The notes under the pieces were generated by a model. The model was not told the origin of the DNA and ran no database searches. It worked only from the letters and a program-made list of their open reading frames with translations. From assembly GCA_964234715.1 (NCBI GenBank), contig OZ174275.1: a stretch of DNA of 64,000 nucleotides; one strand, 5' to 3'. Origin of the DNA: Podarcis melisellensis. Its lineage: Eukaryota. Shown here piece after piece: positions 34,113 through 46,800 of this stretch. Within the stretch, counting starts at the first letter, position 1, and every line of letters begins with the position of its first letter. The position numbers were made by a program, and so were the translations under genes.

Positions 34113-36889
34113 GAAAACATCATCTATAGAATATTATATTTTCTTGAAACAAGAAAAGGCAATTCTGATGAGCATACAGCCAAACACAGACCAAAGTAGA
34201 ACTGGTTACCTTTAAGACTGAGTGGTTCCAAGCTGTAATAAGATGGGTCCTTCTAGGGTAGTAAGATATGCTTCGTTGTACAATTGCTTAACTGATGCCA
34301 AGGGGCCTGAATTCTGGGTTTATAGCTTTGGAGCTGATCTTGTGCAGAGGTGAAGCACATCTTTAGCCAAGGCATTTGTACACATTTGGTACCAATGCAC
34401 CCCAATATTGATCTTCCTCCATAATAATATTTTGCAGGCCTTCTTGCGCATGAAACTTAAGATTCAAATCTCAAATAGGTGCTTACGTAATGAGTTGTTT
34501 TTAAACAAAGCTGGTGTGTGCCATTTACCAACCCTTTGACATTTAACAAGTTAAGATTTTTAAGATTAGTCGACTCCTGAAGAGGGCTGCTGAAACTGGT
34601 GGAGCTTTAGTTGTGACAGTCAGTGAAAAAACTTGTTTGTCAACCCTCACATATAAGTAGCTGGCTAAACATAGCAGTAAAGACTTTAGGAACATCCCAA
34701 AAACTTATCTCCTTTTTACATCTCTAAAGCTGAGAGCAAGCAAAGGCTTGTATATACGCATTTTCTGGCTACTTTAGAGGACCACGAGGAGTGCTGGGGA
34801 TGAACTGACATAAATAATTTGCTTCTCAGTCTAGCCTTAAAGAAACTTTTAATGCAAGGCATCCTGGTGCCTCCTTTCAATTGCAAATGAAGGCCTCCCA
34901 AATAAACTTCCTTGGAAAATAGTATGGTTAACTGGACCCCAGAATGGGACTACCACTGAAGCTGATGCACTACATGCTGTCACACCTTAAACATTGTGTT
35001 TGAGCAGGACATTTCAGACTGCATAAATATGAGACTTAACATGGTAGCCACTGCACAAAGTGTTTCATCTCTGTGTTGTCTAGATATACCAGTACAGTGT
35101 AAACGCTTGCTAAAGAAACCTTGACCAAATTAGGTTAAGACATGCCAACCCAATATCTAATTTGACAACACTTTTGGCCCACTGCCCTCTTACTGGATGT
35201 GAAAAGGTATTCTGGCATTATCTGCAGAATACAAAGTTGGGACACTTACAGTGCATCTTAGGCATGTTTGCTCTGAAGTAATTCCTATTAGCTCATTGGG
35301 ACTTACTCACAAGTATGTGCATAGGATTAGACTTTTGACTGTGTATCCTATTGCCCTGCATAAGCCTTTATTTCTACCTATTTCAGTATACATTAGAAAA
35401 TTATGATGGAAGCCTTAGTTTGGCAGGAACTATTCAGTATCCTCTCTTTAAGTGTCTGAACTCATTAATTCTTCTCAACTTATTTCTATAACCCTAAATC
35501 AAAGCCCAGCTTCTCTGCACCTTGCTTTCTTGTCCCATGAGTCAAGTAGTAAAGAAGATGGCAAACTGGAAGCAAAATGTTTGGTACTGGACCAGAGCAA
35601 CATAGTTTGCTAAAACTCATTATAAACTTTTCCTCTGAAACCTCATTTGTAAACTCAGGCACAAGATTCTTTTTTCTTTGCATTGCTCTTCCTCTACCAA
35701 AGTTAACCTATGTTTGAAAAATTCAGGGTCTTTATTTCTTCAGGTACTATGTGTTTTGATTGATGAGTAATTTCTGCTGCTAATTAAGAGACCATTTTTA
35801 TAGTCAACCAAAACTGGGCACCAGTTGAGTTTGTCAGGTAGGGTGCAAGACAGACAAGTAGTTTCTTCCTCTTATGATCCCAGAATTCTATCTTGCTTCC
35901 ACAAATGCCCATACCTTTCTTAATGCAATGAGATTATTCACTATTATAGGTGAAAAGCACCTCTGTAATTGACGGAGGAGGAAAGAAGCACATATTTAAC
36001 AGTGTACTAAATTAAGAGTTTTTAAGAAGTCAGAAGTGAAAGCAGATTAAGTTTTACATAATCTTGTAGGTTGAAAGGACACTTATTTTGGTTTAGCTTG
36101 AACCTATTTTAAAAAGTTAAGCTAAACTGTTAAGCAGACTGAGCCCCTCTTAAATAAATTTCCACAGATGTAGCATTGCAAGTACAGGTTGAGTGCTGAT
36201 AAGCCTTAGAATATCTTTTCAGACAAGTTCTGAAAGTAGTTAACTGTCAGACGATAGCGTAAATATCCTTGCTTATTAGTTGTGTTCACATTACTTGGTG
36301 CTGTAATGCCATTAAACTGATAATGTCTGGCCTGGTTGTTTGGCACATGACTATGACAGGGCTGTTTGAATGTCTATTTTAGTAATTAAACAATATTTTT
36401 AACATAATGTTCTCAGACTCCATTCTGTAACTTGAGTCTCGATCTTGCAATCCTGGGAGGTAGAAGAGAATCACTGCAGTCTTGAAGAGGGAGCAACATT
36501 CTGCTCCTCTATTTCGCAGCCACCAAGGCTGAAAGAGATGCTGACTAAGCTTGCAGCTCAGAATCTTTTGTCCGAAGCAGTAAAAAAATAATCCTGCATA
36601 TGATCTTCAAACTGGATACAAGTAAATCCATTCCAACAATACTGTTTTCAAGGCCCATATTTAGAGCTCCAGATCCAGTACTCTGTCAGATTAGAGATAG
36701 ACCTCGACATTCTAGAAGAAAACAATCTGCTGGTTCTCTTGGAGGAAAGAAGAACTCCAGCCACAATCGGCAAACATAAGGCAATACTGTGCTCCCCGTT
36801 TTGTTTTAATACCATTTCAAACACAGTCTTTGTAATTGGTGAGTATACAGCAACCACGCAGGAACTATCATCCTAGAGTCACAAGGATG

Positions 36890-39800
36890 TCACTTGCTAG
36901 CAAAAGCCATGATCTGCTCCTAAAGAAAGAAGAAAGAACGTTATTTCTATTTCTGATGAAGCTCTACTACCCATTGCTGCTGGACAGGGCACAGAGGGTA
37001 TCTAAAGCAAGATACTCTACTAAGATATAAGACAGCTCTACTCCAATGTCATGCACAAGCTAGCATTTGTTTGCTTTCCACCTCTTAAGTATATAATAAA
37101 CTAACAGTGCAATCCTATAAATATCTACTCAGCTCTGCAGATACCTTCCCAGCTGAAAATGAGAGGCTACACCAGAAGCCTTTAGGGTAATCTCTCATAA
37201 GCACCAAATGGCAACGCTTCTTACTTAACCAGTTCACACCTCCCTTCAGGATATGAAAGACTGCCATAGATGCTGTATTATGGGTCTGCGTGGATAGTGT
37301 CAGCTTGTGGCGTTTTTGTTGCTCCAGACATGCTAGTACTGTTTACCAAGCACACTTAATGGGGGAACTAGCATGGTTGGACCAAAGACAGCAATTATGA
37401 TACCTTTTCTAAGCTGTCCTAGTAGGAAATAAGATGATCCCATTTCCTGCATTTGCGTGTTACCTTACCACCTGGCATAGGAAAGAATAAATTGGGCCAA
37501 ACCTAATTACCGAAGTGCAAACTACAGGCTATTGGTTTGGTTTTAATTCAAATATCACTGTACCGTAAATGTTTCCCATAGGTCTGTGCCATTTTGGACA
37601 CATCCCATTGCACTTGGAAATTACAGCGCATTCATACATTCGTCTCTACAAATACCTGGTGGGGCTCAAGGTGAGAGCTGGGGAATTGGATAGTTCCTAT
37701 AAAGAAGGAACCATTCCTCCCTCTTGAACCATAAGAAGAGCAAATTGTTTAATTCCAGAAATTCATCTGAATTGGTACCCACCTTGGGTCTACCAAACGG
37801 AGAAAGGCAAGATATAAATAATAATCAAATATATAGGCTCTAGATGTAGTGCCCTAGTCTAAATGCTGGTGACTGAGCAACCTTGCTATAGGAAGGAGAC
37901 ACATACTTAGGGAAGCTACACCCTAGTTGCAGCACTCTTATTTGGGATTAAGCAAATTTCTTAATCTGAATTTAATAAGCAACTTCAAAAAAAAATCTTA
38001 CTTTAATTGGAGGAACAGCATTAGTTGCTTGCAATCCCCATGTCCTTAGCAATACAAAAGGAGCTATATTTGTAGAGTACAGCCTCTTTAATAAGTCTGT
38101 TGTAGCCAAGAGAGATAGGTTGTGCTTTTGCCGCTCTCTTTCATACTGTAGTAGATGCTTTAAAGAGCCTAGAACAGAAAGGTTATTCCAGAGTAAATTA
38201 ACTGGAGATTCAGCTGCACCACAGGTACCTATGAGCTAGATTCCATCTACAGTGGTGCCTCGCAAGACGAAATTAATCCATTCCGTGAGGCTCTTCATAT
38301 AGCGGTTTTTTCGTCTTGCGAAGCAAGCCCATTGACAGCTTAGTGGATTAGCGCTACAGCTGTCAAGCAGCTTCCAACGATCAGCTGTTAAGCGGCTTAT
38401 CAGCGGAACAGCTGATAAGCGGCTTAGCGGCTTAAGAAAAGGGCGAAAAAAGCGAAAAAAACCCGCGGGGGGATGCAAGATTTTTTTCGTCTTGCGAAGC
38501 AACCCCATAGGGGAATTCGTTTTGCGAAGCGCCTCCAAAACGGAAAACCCTTTCGTCTAGCGGGTTTTTCGTCTTGCGAGGCGTTCGTCTTGCGGGGCAC
38601 CACTGTACAAAGTTATTCAATCAGGGCTGACTCATAGTATGTTAAGAAGTTCATCCTGGGCAAGGATTTTTTTTGTCATATTGTGTCATATGTTGAATGG
38701 GCAGCAGCACAACAGTGGTACTATTGCATCCCAGATTATGTTGCCTCTATAGTCAGGCATTCTGGAATTCCATGTAAATCACAGCAGGAAAACAGTAATA
38801 TATTCATGACCCAAATAATACATAAGAGCGTGTTAACACCCTGGATTTCTACTAGCACATCTTGAATTAGCATTTTCTAAAACAACTTTTTTGTAAATGA
38901 GAATAGGTGGCATGTTGCAGCTTTGTCCTTTCCTTATTAACTCCAATCTGGTGGCATCAGTTTCTTATTTTCAGAGAAATGCTTCTCCTAGTCTATAGGA
39001 GAACAAAATGTGGGGGACAAAATGTTCCTGCCACAAATACCCCAAAATGGGTAGTGTTATTCCTAAAGCTAGTAGCCAGAACTTTAAACACATCATACAT
39101 CAAGAAGTTGAATGGCAGAGACCCTAGAAGTAACATTCCGTATTACAGGTAACTTGCAACTTAGGCACATTTAACCTGTGTGGCTTCAGCTTTACCTGCA
39201 TGGCAAAAAAATTAAAAGGGGGAGTGGGCATCCGGGAAAATAAACTTTGGCAATCCCACCCACCACTGCACCCAGTGTGTTTTGACTATCCCTGGAACGT
39301 AACCCCCGCTTAAGCTGAAAGTCGCCTGTGCTATCAATTCCTTCACAGTTTTAAATTCTTACCCAGGTCCTTCCCATTAAATGCTGCAGCGCTGAGAAGT
39401 TGCCTCAAGCAGGCTATGTCACCAAAGCCCATATTTACACCTTGACCTGCAAGAGGATGTACTCTGTGAGCTGCATCCCTAAAAAGAAAGGATAATGTCA
39501 GCTTATGCCAGTTACAAAGTCTGGTACTCCACAAGAACCCTGCCAATTAGTATTGCCTGAGTGTCACTATATGGGACTCAAAAGCTCTTTTTTGTCCCTC
39601 ACGAGAACCTTAAATGAACACCCCACTTGATACCTGCTGACTTCTCCCACAATTTGTATTCATCCCTGTTAACATTCTAGTGTCTAGGGACATGGGTTAA
39701 ACTAGCTAGACTTGTGTTTTCTCCAGACACAATCCACCAATCCCTCCAAAATTAATGTTATACCCTCAAGAATCTCAACCTCCGGCACTAAAAACAGCAT

Positions 39801-40851
39801 ACTCCCATCAACTCCTCTTCCCAGACCAAATCTACCCTTATCGCAGCATTAAAGTTCCTCAATGTGCAATTACCCAATAAGGGCCACACGGTGTTGGACA
39901 TATTCTGTTGCATGCCCCAGTCCAAGAGGGAACACAGCTCGGCTCTTTGGATCCACTTTTGCAACGCTGGGGGGCAGCTGACGGGCTGCAGTCCCCGATG
40001 GCATCAAGAGAGAGGCAGCAGATCGGAACATGGATCCAGCAGTATCAATGAAGTCAGAGTGATTTGCGTTGCTCCACTGAATAATGATAGATTTATTTAT
40101 ACAACACCCTAATATTACCAATAGATTACAAGAGTATGAGAGTCAGAACTAAAACTCTACTAAGTTTTAAGAAATCCTTGTCTTAGAATAAAACAGTTTC
40201 TCTCCTAATCATCTGCCCGCATACAGGACTCGCAAGAAACCTATGGTGGGGTCCACAACCACCAGGGCCTCGGTTTTTGCAAATCAACTCCACGTGTTTC
40301 GTGCACAAAATAAAAGCAAGACAACACAGAATTTGCATTTCAGATGGGAGGAGCATTCCACTATCTATCTAACCTTCAAAGAGGGAGATGGTGGCATGAG
40401 AAGGTATTCCAGCAAAGGATACCCTCGTGTAGGCCATAGCTTCTCATATTACCACTCTGCTATGGTAGCTTTTATATTGCCAATGTAATACAGTACAAGA
40501 TTACCAATGACCATGCACAATATTTCAAAGCTAAGGTATAAAATATGTAAACAGTCACCACATACGGTGCAATATAAAGATTGACATCTGTATTACTGAA
40601 GACTGTGACAGAGTTTCAAAAACCAGTTCAGCACTTCACTTTCAATTTCAGTAGCCAAAAACATGAACTTCTGTATGGGATATATCTAAACGAGAATTAA
40701 TTTAGTTACTATTTTCAATGTGCCCTCACACTGTATAAATGACTACATTTGGCAGTGTGCCAAAAGATGTGAGCTGAACTGTTACACAAAATAAATATTG
40801 TTTTCACAAGGTCTGGTTCTTAAGGGGAAAAAACCAACTACTTGCTCACAG

Positions 40852-40907
<56 letters not shown>

Positions 40908-43784
40908 CTGTTCCATCTCCAACTGATGCTAGAAATATATTCCCTCTACACAGGAATTACCATAAACACACAACTTATTAGAAATAAAGGGTGACATTCA
41001 AATACTCAGAACACACCCACTAAAATTAATGAACATAACTAAATTAAGTCGATTTCCATTGGTCTACTCTAAGCAAAACTTAATTGAATAGCACCCAAAC
41101 TTTTTTTTTTTTTGAATACCATCCTAACTTCTTGATTCTCATGCCTCTTGCTAGGAGAACATAAATAAAAAGAGGAAGGTACTCACAAAAGCAGAATTGA
41201 TAGAATCCACAAAACTTTCCTCATCCATTCTCTGAAGTTGGGATGCATGCTCATGTGACGTGGACCAAACCAAAGAGCTGACAGTGTCAGAGAGCTGACC
41301 AGCATCAGGAATTAAAAACACAAAATATCCAACCATTACGTCACTAAAAAATAACTTCCCCCACCCTAAACAAGTGCAAGGAGTTCATAACTTTAAGAGG
41401 AGGATTAATGAAGATAAAACAACATAGAGTAACTGATTTTTTTAATATCAAACTAGCGCTTAAACAAAGAAAGGCAAAAGAAAATATAAAAAATGGGCAA
41501 GTCAAGTGTTACTAAGTTATTTACCGGGAGGAGAGCAATTGGTCCTGATGGGAGGAATCTCTGCCATGCTACGTTGTTATCTGTTGCCTGCGGCACATGA
41601 AAACCAGAAGACAAATTCATATTACCAAGTTTCCATCACCTGTTTTGACTGTTCAGAAGATACAGCCCAAATGACCAATTTTCTAGGATCTGACCTCAGA
41701 TAAGTGAAGGGTAGCAACTACAGCTGACTGTCCATATTGATACTGAATATTTTTAATACCAGCTGCCTTCCGGACTATGGAGTTTTGCCCATCTGCACCA
41801 ATCTGTGGACAAGAGAGATTAAAAGAACCCATTAACAGTTTTAATAAAAAATAATTCCTTCAAGTCTCATTATGAATAATCAGCCAGTAACTAGTTATAG
41901 AAACCCAAATATTCCCTCTGCATTTCAATATATAACTTATTTATGTATAAAAATGGCTTTTCCCTATACCCAGAATGCCATCATGTTTAATTACTTCCTA
42001 GTAAGACTGTTTAGAACCACAATGTTAATCCAAGTATAACCACACTGAACATGTTTTACTACTAACCATTATAACCCTTCGTGCTGATTAAGTAGCATCA
42101 CACGAGATTACAACCAAATCCAACAGAAGAACCTAGGAAGAGACAGTGCCTGACCAAACAGAAGATGAAGGCTTACTTACCAACAGTTTGGTCTGTAGCC
42201 TGTGTCCATTTGCTAAATCAATTTGGATCCAAGGGCTTGAGTCAGAGGTTTCATAAGGAAGGGGCAAGGAGTAGCCAACTGCTCGACTCCTGTAAAGAAC
42301 TTCAACGCGGTCTGATGGGGGCACAATATATTGATGTCACCAAATGAGTGAAGCAAAGAAGCAAAAAAATCCTAAACTACTCAGGCAGAACAGCTCACTA
42401 AGTTGCCGAATTCCTATCTTGAAGTACTTTTTTGGCTGTTGGTTAGGCACCTCCCAATTTCTAAGCCAGGGGCAGAGACACTGTACCATATTGAAAAGGA
42501 CCCAATTTCAAGAAAGCATAATCATTATTTATTTAATTTCTATACTTCTAAAATTGACTGCTATAACCCCAAGTTATATGATGGACATAAATGTATCCCA
42601 TTCTCACATGCCTCCACTCAACCCAAATCACAGAGAGTTTCATGTAAACCAAGAAAGTAGCTCCTACCTGAAACTGCATCCAGTTGTTTGGTTAGAGCAG
42701 ACATGATAACATCATTCTCCACTATATAACCCATGTCTTCCAAGTTATCTTTATCAAAGATTATCATGGCCTCAGAACAAGCATCCCACACCTGTAGAGA
42801 AGAGGAACAGTATTAACAACAGCAAAGAGGATACAAGACGCAAATACAGACATTTTCTCCTTTATTGTGATGTACAAAATGCAAGGTAACCTCTGATAAA
42901 TGGAGAATCAAGACATACAATGACATTAGTATGAAAAAGAAAGGAAATACAAAAATTATAAACTTCTTCTTCAAGTGGTCCACTACTTATTATTTATATG
43001 CCATTCTTAAGAACTCAAAGCACTTCACTTACGGTATATTTTTACTTAACAATATTTTTATACTGCTTGTGAAACCTCTTAGAAGCTTATGAGAAACATT
43101 AAAATTATCAACAAATACAGTTAAAAACCAGAACATTCAAAAATTAAAAAAAAAATAACAGGAAAAGAGATTAAAAGATGTCAACATCTACATGTCTGGA
43201 TAGGCTTGTGTAAACAAAAATGTTTTAAGCAGGCACCAAAAACAGTAAAGGCACCTGCCTGGTATCAATAAGCAGAGAGTTCGCCCCAGCTACAACCACC
43301 ACTCTCTTTTAAAACAAAAATTTCCTCTACATCACTGTTATTGTTATTGATACTCCCCCCCTCAACTCCCCCCTTTTATTTTTCTCTCCCTTTTTTCTCT
43401 CCCCTCTCTCTCTTCACCACTCCTCATTTTTTCCCTTTATCCCACCTTTCATTTTTCATCCCCAATTTTGCTTTCTATCCCTTGTATTTTTTTAAAAAAA
43501 ATCAACCCCCCCCCCCCGTTTTAGCTTGTCTGTCAGTTTGTTTATGAGAGGGGAGCCCTTCCCCCCACCCCCTCTTTTAAAATAAGACTTTCCCCCATAC
43601 CATTGCAGCAGCTCTCCCTCCCTCCCTCCCTCCCTCCTCCCCTCTCCCCCTCTCTTTTCTTCTCCTTCCCTCTCCCACCCCTCCCCCTCCTCCTCTGCTT
43701 TTCTCTCCCTCCTCCCTCTCTCCATCCCCCCTTCCCCTAAAGGAACTACTGCTGCAATCTAATACCACTGATATTACTGTACTA

Positions 43785-43823
<39 letters not shown>

Positions 43824-46800
43824 CTTACTCCAATCTCCCCTCTCTCCCCCCGCCTCCCCCTTTCTTTCTTTCTTTCTTCCTTCCTCTTCTTCCCTTTTCT
43901 CCCTCCACCCTTTACATATAGCCTATTTGTCTGTCTCTGTTTCTAAGCGCACTCCCAACCCCAATTTCCACCTTAACTGGACCCCAGTACCCCTTTTGGA
44001 TATATACAACCCCCTCCTAAACACATATTTCCCCTGGCCCCACCCCTCTAATCTCTTGCATCTCTACCTGCTAACCCCCCTCCCTTTATATGAACTGTCT
44101 GTCCGTTAGTCTACCCATCTCTGCTTACCTGCCCTCCCCCCCAGCCTCGGCGGCATCGCTGAGGCAACTACAGAAAACCCAAGAGAAGTTCTTAAAACAC
44201 AGGCTAGAAGTGACACAAATGACCACCTAATCCAAACGCTCTGTAAAAGCCACCAGCCAACAAAGCCTGATCAGCTCAACAACCCAACAATACCCAGGAA
44301 TCACCACTGCCACAACTCCTAACCACCACACGCCCTACCCCAAGTGGACGCCAAGCCAACCTCAAACCAAAACTATCAAGGAGACCGAGATGACACCAAC
44401 CAGGGAGATGGCAAACAATGCTAAGATGGCAACTCCCCTTCAAGATGATGACCACCCAATAACGAAACGAGATCTGAGGGAAATGGAAGCAAGATTAGAA
44501 GAAACACTGAAGGCCACAATGGCTCCCATGCAGGTACTAATCAACAATCTAACCTCCAAAGTGGAAGCTCTAGAGAACAAAAACCAAATGCAAGAAAAAA
44601 TAATAGAGCAATACCGGGAGGAGAACGCACGTGTGAACAAGAAACTGGACGAACTGGTAAACCAAATGGAAGCAGAACACAGAGAGATGAAAATTAAACA
44701 AGCTGACCTTGAAGATCGCAATAGACGTTGTAACATCCGCTTCCGCAACTTTCCTGAAAAAACAGAGGAGAAAAGCCCAGCAGACCTAATTATACGCTGG
44801 CTGAAAAACACAATCCCAAGCCTGAAACTCGAGGCGGATGACTTGGAGAGGGCACACAGAGCCCTAAAACCTATGCCAAAACCCAGCGCCCCCCCAAGAG
44901 ACATCATTGTATGCTTCACACGCTACAAAAAGAAGGAAGAGATATGGCACCACCTCAGAAACTCAAGCAACCTTCGATACGGAGAAACCCCCATTCTGGC
45001 CCTACAAGACCTATCTCAGGATACCCTAAACTGGAGGAAAAGCCTGCGCCCATGCACCCAGCGTCTCCAACAAGCAGGGATCAAATACCGATGGGGCTTC
45101 CCCTTCCGCCTCATTGCAACAACCAATACAACACAACACATGGCTACCAACATACCTGAGGCCCTGCAACTACTAAAGAACCTTGAACTCGACCTCCCAC
45201 CGGAATGGCAACCGACAAACCCACCAAATGACAGCCCCAACCAGGAGGAAACAACAGCAAACAACTGGACGACGGTACAGAGGAAAAAGAATCAACAGAG
45301 GCGGCAGAACAACGCAAACCAATACAGGCAAGCATCATGCTCAGAACCGTCCCGCCGGCCATACGACACCAGAAACCAGACCAAGATTAACCAAACCAAT
45401 TCATCGTAGATGGACAACCCTACAATAACAACAACAACCGCAGCTGAATGAAGCAACCAGGAAAAAACCACAAACCGAAGGACTGGTGATTTCTCCCCCC
45501 CTTTTCCCCCTCTTCCCCCCCCCCAAAACATAGATTTAGTTAACACCATCAACATCCCCCCAGCCCCGCACCCCCACAGAAACCCCCACCCCAACACCAG
45601 TCCAGACGACCTCAACCACATTCCCCATCACCCACACCTTCAACATCCTCATACTCCATACTAAGGAAAAACAACTCCAACCTTAATAACACAACCCACA
45701 ATCAGGCTAAAATCTGATACCCAACCAGCAATATGGTGGCACCAGAGCGTACCAGCACCCACATCCCCACCCCAACACACCAACAATGTTGCTCATAACA
45801 TTGGCAACATTGCTTACGAACCTTATACCTGATAGCGACGTTACAAAGTCACTTCACACTGTCTCGCTGATCACCCCCCATCGCAAACAACAGGGGGGAT
45901 GGCCTGTCCTTGAACATGGCCTTCCACACCAGCTGAGACCTAGGACCAACCGGCTAAATGCCAGATGGCCCAAAATACCCCAAACAAACGCCTATATGAC
46001 TACATATAGGAAACTCCCTACAACTTACCCCCTACTCTTTAACCCAAATCTCACTCTAATCCCACTAGCCCCCCACCCTCCACACCCTAGGTCAGCGCAA
46101 CCCCACTGGTTCTTTAAACAACGCGAAGAGAGAGACACAAGACAACCCGAACGGGTTGGCAGGGAATCGCCCCACATAATAGATAAGCAAGATGGCTAGC
46201 CTAAAAGCAATTACATTAAATGTGAGGGGGCTGGGAAACCCCATCAAAAGAAAACGCATCACCTCATACATAAACACCATGAAACCACACATCACCTTCC
46301 TACAAGAAATACACAACCCACCCAAAGGCAGCAAACTCTTGAGCGACCCCCGCTTCAATCAACAGTGGGTCGCACAAGGCTCAGGGAAAGCTCGTGGTGT
46401 AGCCATAATACTCAGTAGAGACCTGAACTTCACTGCCACAACAGTCCTCAAGGACAAAAAAGGCAGATTCATTTTTGCTAAAGGGACACTAGATGGCAAA
46501 ATCAAACTGACAATCGGCTCCATATATGCCCCAAACACGAAACAATTAGAATTCTTCCAGAAGATACTAAACAAATTCCTCTCCTTCTCTGAAGGGGAAG
46601 CAATCCTAGGAGGGGACCTCAACCTAAATATGAAAGGTTTATCCCTGAAAGATATCCACCCCACAACCCCATGGGCAACCTTCCTCCGAAGGAAACCCCC
46701 AACAACTAGGAACTCTTACAAGTTACTAAAAATGCTAAAAAACAGGGGTCTCTATGACATTTGGGGTGAGCAAAACCCGGGAGACATCAGCCATACATTC

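Noticed and set aside
43492-43768. Minus-strand G/E/R-rich ORFs (possible L1 ORF0 analogue)
   Set aside because: Low-complexity translation of the polypurine strand; no evidence of coding constraint.
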